The notes under the pieces: generated by a model
Database searches by the model: none
Told to the model about the DNA's origin: nothing
What the model saw: the letters and a program-made list of their open reading frames with translations, nothing else
NCBI GenBank assembly: GCA_963771175.1
Contig: CAVYSY010000035.1
Span: 35,482-99,481, forward strand
DNA length: 64,000 bases
Source: an uncultured delta proteobacterium
Lineage (GTDB): Bacteria; Myxococcota; Myxococcia; Myxococcales; Myxococcaceae
Direction: 5' to 3'
Shown here: one piece after another, positions 1 to 9,544 of the stretch
How the letters are laid out: each line of letters begins with the position of its first letter
How positions within the stretch are numbered: the stretch's first letter is position 1
Translations under genes and position numbers: made by a program

Positions 1-314
1 TCGTCTCGCTGGTGATCTTCAACATGACGGTGGCGAAGACCCGCGAGATTGCCCTGGTCAAGCTCATGGGGGCCCGGTCGAGCGTCGTGGTGAGCATGAT
101 CCTCCAGCAGTCCGTGCTGCTCACGGTGCTCGCCTACGCCTTCGCGCTCGTGCTCTCGCAGATCGCCTTTCCCCACTTCCCGCGCCGCGTCGTCGTCGGT
201 GGGGGGGAGTTGGCCGGGGTGCTGGGGCTCTCGATGGGCATTGCGCTCGTCGCGAGCACCCTGGCCATCCGGCGGGCGCTTCGAATTCCGGCAACCACGA
301 TCCTGGCGGGATAG
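1..314 (+). CDS. ABC transporter permease, FtsX/MacB family (C-terminal part, truncated by window edge)
   Basis: REIALVKLMGA motif followed by hydrophobic helices; directly upstream of an ATPase. Confidence 0.85.
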   Translation, partial: VSLVIFNMTVAKTREIALVKLMGARSSVVVSMILQQSVLLTVLAYAFALVLSQIAFPHFPRRVVVGGGELAGVLGLSMGIALVASTLAIRRALRIPATTILAG

Positions 315-316
315 TC

Positions 317-1045
317 ATGCACGTCATCGAAGCGCACGGACTCTGGAAGACGTACGGCAAGGGCGAGACAGAGGTGGTGGCGCTGCGCGACGTCTCTCTG
401 TGCGTGAGCAGGGGAGAGGTGGCCGCGCTCCTCGGGCCGAGTGGCTCTGGCAAGTCGTCGCTCCTCACCACGCTCGGGTTGCTCCAGTTTCCGGATCGAG
501 GCTCGGTGCGCATCGGCGAGTTCGAAGCGGTGATCGAGGGACGGCTCCGCGTCGATGCTGCCCGCGTCCGGCGCGAGCGCATCGGCTTCGTGTTCCAGAA
601 GGCGAATCTCATCCCCTTCCTGAACGCTCTCGACAACGTGCTCGTGGCGTTCGAGATCAATGATCGCGGGGGTCGCGAGGCGCGCGCGCGTGCCGCCGCG
701 CTCCTCGAGTACCTCGGCCTGGGGGACAGGCTGGCCCACATGCCGGACGAGCTCTCCGGAGGACAACAACAGCGCGTCGCGATCGCGCGAGCCCTGGCCA
801 TGGAGCCACCCGTCATCCTCGCCGATGAGCCGACCGCCGCCCTCGATGGGCGGAGGAGCCGCGATGTCATGCAGCTCTTCCGAAGAGTGGCGCATGAGCG
901 AGGGACCGCGGTCGTCGTCGTGACGCACGACCATCGGACGCTCGACGCTTTCGACACCGTTCACGAGATGGAGGACGGCGTGCTGCGCACCGCTCCCCAC
1001 CACAGCACTCCCAGCGCACCGACCCATGAGGGCCCCACACCATGA
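317..1045 (+). CDS. ABC transporter ATP-binding protein, LolD/MacB-like
   Basis: Walker A GPSGSGKS, IGFVFQ, LSGGQQQR, ILADEPT, VVTHD. Confidence 0.95.
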   Translation: MHVIEAHGLWKTYGKGETEVVALRDVSLCVSRGEVAALLGPSGSGKSSLLTTLGLLQFPDRGSVRIGEFEAVIEGRLRVDAARVRRERIGFVFQKANLIPFLNALDNVLVAFEINDRGGREARARAAALLEYLGLGDRLAHMPDELSGGQQQRVAIARALAMEPPVILADEPTAALDGRRSRDVMQLFRRVAHERGTAVVVVTHDHRTLDAFDTVHEMEDGVLRTAPHHSTPSAPTHEGPTP

Positions 1046-1531
1046 AACTCCCTGAGAAATTCTCTTTCCTGCGTCCTGGCTGGTGGATGACACACGTGGT
1101 TGCTGTCGTAGCCATTGGAGCATTGGGCTTCCACTTCGGAGCTGCCCACTCTGGGCACGGCGGAGGACACGAGCACTCCGTGGCGGCCGCTCCCGGAGGC
1201 AATGCCGTGAGGGACGAGAATGCGGCTCCTGGAGCGAGCGCTGGGGGAGGGGACGGCCCACTTCGCCAGCGGCGATCTCCGGCCGATCGAGCACGCCCTG
1301 CACGGGGTACATGCCGCCCGGGAGCGCACGACCGAGGCCCTCCGGAGCGGCAGCTACCGCCCGCCACGTAACAGCGACCAATTGGAGCGCTTCCTCGAGC
1401 TGGACCGGGATTTTCACAGTCAGCTCGAGGCGCTCGCGGGTGCGGCGGCGCGAAACGATCCCAAGGAGGCCGGGGCAGCGCTCGGCCGGGTCATGCAAGG
1501 CTGCCAGGGCTGTCACGCGGAGTACCGCTGA
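1042..1531 (+). CDS. Membrane-anchored cytochrome c'-like four-helix protein (one frameshift near 1219)
   Basis: ORF 1042 gives a TM helix and His-rich linker; frame 1220-1531 ends in CQGCHAEYR (C-terminal CxxCH typical of class II cytochromes c); ATGA overlap with the ATPase gene. Confidence 0.7.
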
Positions 1532-1544
1532 GCTCGCCTGGTGG

Positions 1545-1586
1545 AGGGGGCGCGGCTGCGCTTCTGGGCGGGCCGCGCCGCCCCCT
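1545..1586. terminator. GC-rich hairpin between convergent genes
   Basis: GGGGGCGCGGC...GCCGCGCCGCCCCC imperfect inverted repeat, no U-tract. Confidence 0.3.
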
Positions 1587-1588
1587 GC

Positions 1589-2947
1589 TCAGCCCAACTC
1601 CACCTTCGGCAGGTTCGCCATCGAGCGTTCGATGGCCTCCCGCGGGTACTCGTAGTCCTCCAACTTCCCCGCCAGGTACTGGTCGTACGCCGCGAGATCG
1701 AAGTGGCCGTGCCCCGAGAGGTTGAAGAGGATCACCCGCTCCCGTCCCTCCTCATCCGCCTTGCGTGCCTCCTCCACCGCCGCCTTGATGGCATGCGAGC
1801 TCTCCGGCGCCGGGATGATTCCCTCCGTCTTCGCGAACAGCAGCGCCGCCTCGAAGCACCCCCGCTGCGTGTACGCCACCGCCTCCGCCACCCCCGCGTG
1901 CACCAGGTTCGACACCAGCGGGCTCGCCCCGTGGTAGCGCAGGCCTCCCGCGTGGATTCCGGGCGGCATGAAGTCGTGCCCCAGCGTGTGCATCCTCATG
2001 ATGGGCGTCAGCTTCGCCGTGTCCCCGTAGTCGAAGGCATACTTGCCGCGCGTCAGCGTCGGGCAGCTCGCCGGCTCCGCCGCCACCAGCCGCACCTGCT
2101 TCCCGTTCATCTTGTCCCGCGCGAACGGGAAGGCGATGCCCGCGAAGTTGCTCCCCCCGCCGTGGCAGCCAATCACCACGTCCGGGTACTCGCCCGCCAG
2201 CGCCATCTGCTCCCGCGCCTCCTGGCCAATCACCGTCTGGTGCAGGCACACGTGGTTGAGCACCGAGCCCAGCGCATACTTCGTGTCCTCGTGCGTGGCC
2301 GCGTCCTCCACCGCCTCGGAGATGGCCATGCCCAGCGAGCCGTTGCTCGTCGGGCTCTCCTCCAGAATCCGCCGCCCCGTCTGCGTCTGGTTCGACGGCG
2401 AGGAGAACACCTCCGCCCCCCACGTCCTCATCATCGAGCGCCGGTAGGGCTTCTGCTCGTAGCTCACCTTCACCATGTACACCGTCACCGCCAGCCCGAA
2501 GAGCTGCCCGGCGAACGCCAGCGAGCTTCCCCACTGGCCCGCCCCCGTCTCCGTCGCCAGCCGCCTCACCCCCTCCTTGGCGTTGTAGTACGCCTGTGGC
2601 ACCGCCGAGTTCGGCTTGTGGCTTCCCGAGGGCGAGACCCCCTCGTACTTGTAATAGATGTGCGAGCGCGTCCCGAGCGCCTTCTCCAGCGCGTGCGCTC
2701 GGAAGAGCGGCGAGGGCCTCCAGCGCGCCAGCGCCTCCCGGATCTCCTCCGGAATCGGCACCTCGCGCTCCATCCCCATCTCCTGCTCGATGATGCGCCT
2801 GGGGAAGAGCGGCGCCAGGTCCTCCGGCTTCGCCGGCTGCAGCGTCCCCGGGTGCAACACCGGCGACGGCGGCGTCGGCAGATCCGGCAGGATGTTGTAC
2901 CAGTAGCGCGGAATCCGGTCCTCGGGCAGCAGGTACTTCGTCGTCAT
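1589..2947 (-). CDS. trpB2: TrpB2-type PLP-dependent tryptophan synthase beta-like protein
   Basis: GSHKPN (PLP Lys), [40 protein letters not shown]. Confidence 0.93.
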   Translation of the reverse strand: MTTKYLLPEDRIPRYWYNILPDLPTPPSPVLHPGTLQPAKPEDLAPLFPRRIIEQEMGMEREVPIPEEIREALARWRPSPLFRAHALEKALGTRSHIYYKYEGVSPSGSHKPNSAVPQAYYNAKEGVRRLATETGAGQWGSSLAFAGQLFGLAVTVYMVKVSYEQKPYRRSMMRTWGAEVFSSPSNQTQTGRRILEESPTSNGSLGMAISEAVEDAATHEDTKYALGSVLNHVCLHQTVIGQEAREQMALAGEYPDVVIGCHGGGSNFAGIAFPFARDKMNGKQVRLVAAEPASCPTLTRGKYAFDYGDTAKLTPIMRMHTLGHDFMPPGIHAGGLRYHGASPLVSNLVHAGVAEAVAYTQRGCFEAALLFAKTEGIIPAPESSHAIKAAVEEARKADEEGRERVILFNLSGHGHFDLAAYDQYLAGKLEDYEYPREAIERSMANLPKVELG

Positions 2948-3146
2948 GGCGGGCGCTCCTCGCGTGTCACTCGGGATGGATGCTCAGTGTAGCCCGAGCT
3001 GGGGGGCCGGGTGGAGCAGCTACGGAGAGGCGGTGCTCCTCAGGCAGGCGTGGGGGCGGTCGGGGATTCGGTGGCGTGATTTCCGGCTTGGAGTCCTTGC
3101 ACTGCTTAGCCTTCCGGGAAGAGGAGCCTCTTGCCGGAGGATGAGC

Positions 3147-3530
3147 ATGTGGAAGGAGTTCAAGGAGTTCGTCGCTCAGGGGAATGTCGTGGGCCTGGCC
3201 GTGGCGGTCGTATTGGGCGGCGCCTTCGGTCTGGTCGTCGCCTCATTCACCAATGACATCCTGATGCAGCTCATCGCCGCTATGGGGAAGCGGCCGGACT
3301 TCAGCGATCTCAGCTTCACCCTCAATGGCGCTGAGATCCGTTACGGCAACTTCCTGACGGTGCTGGTGAGCTTCCTCATTGTCGCCTTCGCGCTCTTCTT
3401 GGTGGTGAAGGGCTACAACCGGTTGATGCGGCGCAAGCAGCAGGAGCCGAAGCAGCAGGAGCCGAAGGAGACCGAGCTGGAGCTGCTCCGGCAGATCCGT
3501 GACGCGCTGGGGCAGCGGCGCACGGTCTGA
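3147..3530 (+). CDS. mscL: Large-conductance mechanosensitive channel
   Basis: MWKEFKEF..GNVVGLAVAVVLGGAF, YGNFL, LLRQIRDAL; GGAGG RBS 6 nt before ATG 3147. Confidence 0.93.
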   Translation: MWKEFKEFVAQGNVVGLAVAVVLGGAFGLVVASFTNDILMQLIAAMGKRPDFSDLSFTLNGAEIRYGNFLTVLVSFLIVAFALFLVVKGYNRLMRRKQQEPKQQEPKETELELLRQIRDALGQRRTV

Positions 3531-3570
3531 ATCCCTGGTCGGCAGGGCGGGCGCAAGAGGCCTGCCATCC

Positions 3571-5031
3571 ATGGACGTCCGCGCGCGCCTGGGCTTGGAT
3601 GGCCTCATGCGGCTCTCCACCCGGCTCCCGCCCATCCCGCTCCGAGGCCCCCGGCCTCTGCCCCTGCTCGGCGTCTGGGGCAACCTCCTGCGCTTCATGG
3701 GGGATCCCGTGGGCCACATGCTCCGCATCTACCGAGAGCATGGCAGGCTGGCCACGCTCGCGGACCGCAACGCCGCTCTCATCTGCGCGTTCGATCCAGA
3801 CGTCAACCGGCTCGTGTTGTCGGACCAGAACCGCTTCCACGTCTCGGAAGAGCTGGTCTTCCCCGTGCCGAAGGGCAGCTCCATGGGGCGCTTGTCCACC
3901 AACCTGACGCTGCTGAACGGCGAGGCGCACCGGCGGCACCGGCGGCTGATGATGCCGGCCTTCCAGCGCTCCGCCGTGGAGACCTACCGCGACGACATGG
4001 CGACCGTCACCGAGCGCCACATCGAGCGGTGGAGGCCGGGCCAGGCGCTCGAGCTCGCCCAGGAGATGCAGCAGCTCACCCTGACCTTCGCCGTGAAGTG
4101 CCTCTTCGGCCTGGACGCCTCACTCGGGGGAGCGGATCTGGGAGCGCTCTCCACGGAGCTGCTGGGCGGGCTGATGTCCCTGGGCGTCGCCGCGTTCCCG
4201 CATGACCTGCCGGGCACTCCCTACCGGCGCACCCTGCGCGTGGCCGAGGTGCTGGAAGAGCGGTTGCGGCGGCTCATCGCCCAGAAGCGCGCGCAGCCGG
4301 CGGGGTCGCGGGATGTGCTCTCGATGCTCATCCAGGCCCACGACGAGCAGGATGGCCGCTTCAGCGACGAGGAGCTGCTGGGGGCAGCGAACGTGCTCTT
4401 CATCGCCGGGCACGAGACGACGGCGTACACCCTCACGTGGACGCTCTTCCTGCTCTCCCAGCACCCGCGGGTATTGGCGGACGTGCTGGACGAGGTGAGC
4501 GGGGAGCTGAGGGGCGCGGCGCCCACGGTGGAGCAGGTGCCAAGGCTGGTGCTGCTGGACCGGGTCGTGAAAGAGAGCATGCGGCTGCTGCCCGCCTCGG
4601 TGATGCTCTTCTTCCGCTTCGCCACCGAGCCGTTCCAGCTCGGAGGGCTGGAGCTTCAGAAGGGAACGGGCCTGCTGCTCAGCCCGCTGGTGACGCACCG
4701 GCTGCCGGAACTCTACCCCGAGCCGGAGCGCTTCCGGCCCGAGCGGTGGCTGGAGCGGCAGCCCTCCACCTATGAGTTCCTTCCCTTCGGCGCGGGGCCG
4801 CGCATGTGCATCGGCGCGAGCTTCGCCACGCTGGCCGTGCGCGTGGTGCTGCCCATCCTGCTGCAGCGCTTCCGCTTCGCGCTCGCGCCGGGCGCCCGCA
4901 TCTCGCGGCACGTGCGCGGCATCACGATCGCGCCCCGCTACGGCATGCCCATGATCGTGGGGACTCCCGGAGAGGCGGGGGAGCCCGGGACCGTCCGGGG
5001 CGACATCCACGAGCTCGTCCAGCTGGGGTAG
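3571..5031 (+). CDS. Cytochrome P450
   Basis: AGHETT, ESMR (ExxR), PERF, FGAGPRMCIG heme ligand; start may be 3571 or 3607. Confidence 0.95.
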   Translation: MDVRARLGLDGLMRLSTRLPPIPLRGPRPLPLLGVWGNLLRFMGDPVGHMLRIYREHGRLATLADRNAALICAFDPDVNRLVLSDQNRFHVSEELVFPVPKGSSMGRLSTNLTLLNGEAHRRHRRLMMPAFQRSAVETYRDDMATVTERHIERWRPGQALELAQEMQQLTLTFAVKCLFGLDASLGGADLGALSTELLGGLMSLGVAAFPHDLPGTPYRRTLRVAEVLEERLRRLIAQKRAQPAGSRDVLSMLIQAHDEQDGRFSDEELLGAANVLFIAGHETTAYTLTWTLFLLSQHPRVLADVLDEVSGELRGAAPTVEQVPRLVLLDRVVKESMRLLPASVMLFFRFATEPFQLGGLELQKGTGLLLSPLVTHRLPELYPEPERFRPERWLERQPSTYEFLPFGAGPRMCIGASFATLAVRVVLPILLQRFRFALAPGARISRHVRGITIAPRYGMPMIVGTPGEAGEPGTVRGDIHELVQLG

Positions 5032-5101
5032 CCAGGGACAGGGGGAGTTCCCGGCCTCGCGCACGGGCTCGGACGAGTGCCCGCTCACGAGCCGGTGAGC
5101 A

Positions 5102-5470
5102 TCAGTCGCGCCGGTGGAGCGCGCCAGGTCTCTCGTCCGAGCCCGTGCCGCCCGGGAGGATGTCCTTCACCAGGCGGGTGCCCGAGCCTCCGGTGCCGGT
5201 GCTCTTCCACAGCTCGCGCCCGTGCACGCCGTCATCGGCGGTGAAGAAGAGGAGGTGGTCGCCCTTCGTCAGCTCGGCCGGGTCCGAGCCTGTCACGCCG
5301 GGCCGGATGTCCCGCAGCAACGTCGCGGTGCTCCCGCAGGGCTGCCACACCTCCTCCTCAAGCGCGGACATCGTGCCACCCGCCTCGTCCACCGGAGGCG
5401 AGTCGGGAGGAGCGGCGGTACAACCTGAGACAAGCGCCCACAGCACCGGAAGGGAATGCCATCGTTTCAT
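5102..5470 (-). pseudogene. Truncated ELWxxDGT-repeat lipoprotein
   Basis: Lipobox LVSGC, LLRDIRPG..GSDP, FFTADDGVHGRELWKS.GT..GTRLVKDILPG; stops after about 1.5 repeats. Confidence 0.6.
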
Positions 5471-5713
5471 CGTGCAGCTCCATGGTGTCGCGCCGGAGGC
5501 CCGGCACTCAGAGCCGCAATCTGGACGTGGCGCGCCCACGGTCTACCGGGGCGTGCGTCGCAATTCCTGAGAGGCAAGAGACAGTCGGCCCCTCCCGTGA
5601 TGCCATCCTTCGGCTTCTGCACCCCCCGCTTGAGGCAGAGAACGTCAACTCATATGGTAGCTGTCCGCTCGGATCTGTACACCCATCCCGGTCCGACATG
5701 AGAGGCGCCAGCC

Positions 5714-6679
5714 ATGCCATCACTCGATGTCTACTTCCTCGATGTCGGACAAGGCGATGGAACCTTCATCGTATGTCCCGATGGAACTACGATTCTGGTC
5801 GATCTCGGCTCCAAGAAGAATGGTCACATTGCCGGAAACGATGCGATTGTGACCATCAAGGGACTCCTGAAGAGCAAGACGATCGACCATCTCTTCCTCA
5901 CCCATGGTGACGGAGACCATTACAACCTCATTCCGGAGATGGTGGACACCCACGGCATCAGCTTCGGCAAGGTGTATTACGGCGGACAAAAGAGCGACTA
6001 CAGCAGCGAAATGCAGTCGAAGGTCATCGACGCGTTCAGTTCCAGCTCTTTTTTCGGCAAGGCCCACAGCACCCAAACGAGCCCTCTACTTACGATTGGC
6101 ACGTCCACGAAGACGGTCAAGGTCTTCTTGCTGTCCGCGAACTATCCATCTCCGACTGATAGCGACAAGAACGCCAAGAGCATTGTCTTGATGCTGGTGT
6201 ATGCCAACCGCAAGATCATTCTGATGGGGGATGCGGAAGTCGAGACGGAGGACTTCATCATGGAGTCCTTTCCCAATAACTTCCTGCAAGCTGATGTCCT
6301 CAAGCTGGCCCACCACGGGTCCAATGGAAGCAACCAACAATCCTGGTTGGACGTGGTGCAACCACGGATCGTTGCCGCGAGCGGGGATCAGAAGTGGGGA
6401 CACCCTTATTCCGAAACACTGGATCGGGTGTCGACGGGCAACAGGTTGGCAAACATCTACCAGCACGGAATCGTGGCGGGCGAGTACTCGTCGAGGGCCA
6501 AGGATTACGATTGGAAGACGAGCTCCACCAAGAAGGCCATCCTGACGAATCTCTACAAAATCACCGGTACGATGGGCGTGTCGTGGCAGGCCTACGGCAT
6601 TGCCTATGTGGTGCAGGTGAACGACGATGGCAAGCTGGGGGTTGGGGACACGCTCGACAATGCATCCGGATGGTTTTGA
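5714..6679 (+). CDS. ComEC/Rec2-like metallo-beta-lactamase-fold hydrolase (soluble, stand-alone)
   Basis: FLDVGQGD, THGDGDH, NAKSIVL, LMGDAE, LKLAHHGS, WGHP; visibly lower GC than the flanks. Confidence 0.88.
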   Translation: MPSLDVYFLDVGQGDGTFIVCPDGTTILVDLGSKKNGHIAGNDAIVTIKGLLKSKTIDHLFLTHGDGDHYNLIPEMVDTHGISFGKVYYGGQKSDYSSEMQSKVIDAFSSSSFFGKAHSTQTSPLLTIGTSTKTVKVFLLSANYPSPTDSDKNAKSIVLMLVYANRKIILMGDAEVETEDFIMESFPNNFLQADVLKLAHHGSNGSNQQSWLDVVQPRIVAASGDQKWGHPYSETLDRVSTGNRLANIYQHGIVAGEYSSRAKDYDWKTSSTKKAILTNLYKITGTMGVSWQAYGIAYVVQVNDDGKLGVGDTLDNASGWF

Positions 6680-6687
6680 CCCGGCGA

Positions 6688-7704
6688 TCAGGCCGCGAGC
6701 CTGACCGCCGCCTCGAACTCGGGGCGCTTGATGTTCGCGAGCGCCTCGTTCAGCCGGCTGCGGCCGTAGTCCACCCGGCCCTGCCAGGTCTCCAGCACGA
6801 ACTCGCCCGTCGACAGGCCCTGGTGCAGCTTGGCCAGCGGGGGGACGGCCAGGTCGGGTAGCCGGACGCCCGGCCGTTCGGCCGCGGCACCATTCAGGAA
6901 GCTCATCGCGTAGAAGACGTGGTTGAGCTGCCGCATCAGGAACATGCGGGCCTGCCGCGCCGCATCCGGCGTCTCGCCGAAGTAGGTGCGCAACAGCATG
7001 GCCTCCTCCTCCGCATTGGCGGTGAAGAAGTTGGCCAGGGTCGCCAGGTCCACATAGCGGTCGGCGAGAAACGAGGACTCCCAGTCGATCAGCCACAGCC
7101 GGCCCCCGTCATAGAGGACATTGCGTGGGTTCAAATCGTTGTGGCTGGAGACCGGATCCGGTCGCAGACGGCGGTATGCAGCGGCGAGCTCGGAGTAACG
7201 CGCGAAATGCTCCGCCGTGGCGGCCGGCTCGATCAGGCCCGAGGCGCGGAACTGTCCGATCAGCGCCTCCATGCCATCCAGATAGTCGACCAGCCGCGGA
7301 AAGGCCGGGGTTGCGTGCAAGGCGCGCACGGCCTGGGCCAGTTCGGTGACCCTGTCGCTCCTCGAGCCGGCATACTCCAGTGAGAGCGATCGCTCAGCGA
7401 TGAAGTCCATGATCGCCACCCCGTCCTCGACGCAGGCGTAATGCACCTTCGGCGCCACGCCCGCCTCGGCCGCGGTGCGCATGCAGCCGTACCAGCGGCT
7501 GGGGTTGCGGAAGAAGTCGCTCTGGCCCTCGATCCGCAGCAGATAGGCGATGCCACCCACCCGGATCTTGAACACCCGAGCGCCGGACAGGCCGCCGGTG
7601 AGCGATGTCGCCGCGTCCAGCGTCGTCGTGCCGAACGCGGCCTCGAGGGCGCGCTCGACCGCGCGACGGTTGGCTTCGGGAAAGGGCGTTTCGGGAAAGG
7701 ACAT
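6688..7704 (-). CDS. Aminoglycoside phosphotransferase / choline kinase-like protein
   Basis: LTGGLSG, HNDLNPRN (Brenner motif), LIDWE, DLA. Confidence 0.88.
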   Translation of the reverse strand: MSFPETPFPEANRRAVERALEAAFGTTTLDAATSLTGGLSGARVFKIRVGGIAYLLRIEGQSDFFRNPSRWYGCMRTAAEAGVAPKVHYACVEDGVAIMDFIAERSLSLEYAGSRSDRVTELAQAVRALHATPAFPRLVDYLDGMEALIGQFRASGLIEPAATAEHFARYSELAAAYRRLRPDPVSSHNDLNPRNVLYDGGRLWLIDWESSFLADRYVDLATLANFFTANAEEEAMLLRTYFGETPDAARQARMFLMRQLNHVFYAMSFLNGAAAERPGVRLPDLAVPPLAKLHQGLSTGEFVLETWQGRVDYGRSRLNEALANIKRPEFEAAVRLAA

Positions 7705-7728
7705 GGTGGCGCTCCTGGTGAGGCGCGC

Positions 7729-7773
7729 ATTTTACCCGGGTATAATTCGGAGACAATATCTCCCGGGTAAAAT
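7729..7773 (-). promoter_or_regulatory. Sigma70-like promoter overlapped by operator-like palindromes
   Basis: Minus strand TTGTCT-16-TAAAAT upstream of the kinase; perfect 12-bp inverted repeat ATTTTACCCGGG (7729-7740) / CCCGGGTAAAAT (7762-7773). Confidence 0.6.
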
Positions 7774-7797
7774 TATTCCCGTTCACCACGAGCCGCT

Positions 7798-8802
7798 TCA
7801 GGCCTGGGCTCGTACGTCGCGGTAACGGACCATCCGCTGCTGAGCGGAGTCCCAGAGGTTCAGACGCAGGCACCTCACCACCTCGCGCGGGTGCAGGGTC
7901 GTGACGTGGGGCCCCTGCAGCTCCGGAATCGCGGCCATGGCCTCGGGCAGGCGGTAGAAGGGGATGCGTGGGTTCAGGTGGTGGACGTGGTGGTAGCCGA
8001 TGTTGCCGGTGAACCAGGCCATCACGGGGCCACAGGCCAGGAAGCTCGAGGCTTCGAGCGCCGCCTCGGCGTGGGTCCACTGCTCCTCCGGGAGGAGCGA
8101 GACATCCTGGAAGTTGTGCTGCGCGTAGAAGAGATAGGTGCCCAGCGCGTAGCCCACGAAGAGCGGCCCGAGGAAGGCGGAGAGATAGACGCCTGGGCCG
8201 AAGAGCCTCCAGATCGTGATGGACAACGCGATGTGGACGAGCAGCGCGAGCCCCGAGGCCCAGTACCGCCGAGGGTTGCGAACGAACGGAACGAGGCAGA
8301 GGCTCACCAGGAAGGCCGTGAGATAGCCGAACAGCAGGGTCAGCGGGTGGCGCTCGACGACGTAGGCGAGGCGCTCCCGGCCGGAGGCCCCGCGCCACGT
8401 GTCGGTGGTCCACGTGATGAAGGTGCCTGCCGAGGGGGCGGCCAGGCGCGCGGTGTTGGCGTGGTGGTGGTTGTGGGTGTCGTTCCAGATGCGGGCGGGG
8501 GTGAGCATCAGCACGCCCTGGATGTGGAAGAGCACCTGCGCCAGGCGCGAGCTCCCCAGCAGGGCTCCGTGCATGAAGTCGTGGTAGAGGATGAAGGCGC
8601 GGACGAGGACGAGCGCCTCGACGAGCCCACCCACGACTCTCAGGGGCCACCACGGTGCGGCGGCCGCGACGGCGACGGCGGCGACCATCGCGACCAGTGT
8701 CGAGGCGATATGCCACCTGGCGCGTGCGGCATCCTGTATGGCGAAGGGCCGCGTTCGGGAGATGAGGTCTCTGCTCGCGAGTTGCTGCGCCGTTCGTGCC
8801 AT
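7798..8802 (-). CDS. Membrane fatty acid desaturase
   Basis: His boxes HDFMH, HNHHH, HHVHH; NIGYHHVHHLNPRIPFY; TM segments. Confidence 0.93.
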   Translation of the reverse strand: MARTAQQLASRDLISRTRPFAIQDAARARWHIASTLVAMVAAVAVAAAAPWWPLRVVGGLVEALVLVRAFILYHDFMHGALLGSSRLAQVLFHIQGVLMLTPARIWNDTHNHHHANTARLAAPSAGTFITWTTDTWRGASGRERLAYVVERHPLTLLFGYLTAFLVSLCLVPFVRNPRRYWASGLALLVHIALSITIWRLFGPGVYLSAFLGPLFVGYALGTYLFYAQHNFQDVSLLPEEQWTHAEAALEASSFLACGPVMAWFTGNIGYHHVHHLNPRIPFYRLPEAMAAIPELQGPHVTTLHPREVVRCLRLNLWDSAQQRMVRYRDVRAQA

Positions 8803-8886
8803 GGATGAGGATCTCCGAGGAGGCACCGCGGCGGTCGGCCACGGTGGACTGCTCAGAGGGTGTCGCACGCCCATGTCATGGCGTGG

Positions 8887-9483
8887 TCATGCGCTGGAAT
8901 AACGCGGCACGACAACCGAGCAGGCGGGCGGCCGCCACTCCCGCCGCAGCAGCCCGTACAGCACCGCGTCCTGCACCTCTCCGTCGAGGAAGTAGCGCTC
9001 GCGCTGGTATCCCTCGCGTTGGAAGCCCAGGCCCTCGAGCACCTTGATGGAGCCCACGTTGCGCGGGTCCACGTCGGCCTCCAGTCGGTGCAACTCGAGC
9101 GCGGTGAAGCCGAACTCCACCACCCGGCTCACGGCCTCTCGCGCGTAGCCCTGGCCCCAGTGCGCCCGGTTCAGCGCGTAGCCGAGGCTCGCGCGCCGGT
9201 GCGGCCCGCTCAGCTCCGCCAGGGTGCAGGTGCCCACCACCCGGTCATCCTCGCGCCTCGCGAGGCCCCACTGGAAGAGCGAGCGCTCGGCGAAGCACTT
9301 GTGGATGTCCCGCAGCAGCTTCTCCGCCTGGGCCAGCTCGGTGTACGCGGACCAGCTCCAATAGCGCGTCACCTCGGGGCTGGAGAAGAGCTCGAAGAGC
9401 GCGGGCACATCCGCCTCCGTCATCCAGCGCAGGCGCAGGTGGGGCGTCTCCAGGGTGGGCAGGGTCATGGCATCGGCGAGCAT
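8887..9483 (-). CDS. GNAT acetyltransferase, RimJ/RimL family
   Basis: LETPHLRLR, HWGQGYARE, RNVGSIKVLEGLGFQREG. Confidence 0.92.
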   Translation of the reverse strand: MLADAMTLPTLETPHLRLRWMTEADVPALFELFSSPEVTRYWSWSAYTELAQAEKLLRDIHKCFAERSLFQWGLARREDDRVVGTCTLAELSGPHRRASLGYALNRAHWGQGYAREAVSRVVEFGFTALELHRLEADVDPRNVGSIKVLEGLGFQREGYQRERYFLDGEVQDAVLYGLLRREWRPPACSVVVPRYSSA

Positions 9484-9544
9484 GAGGCTCGCCAGCTTAA
9501 TCCACCGTGAAGGTGACCCCTTGTCCGGGAGTGCTGATGCCCGC

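Noticed and set aside
8866..8890. Imperfect palindrome and GTCAT repeat upstream of the desaturase
   Set aside because: Short and imperfect, overlapping the GNAT stop; cannot be told from chance
3571..9483. P450, desaturase, kinase and GNAT as PKS tailoring genes
   Set aside because: More than 17 kb away and separated by unrelated operons
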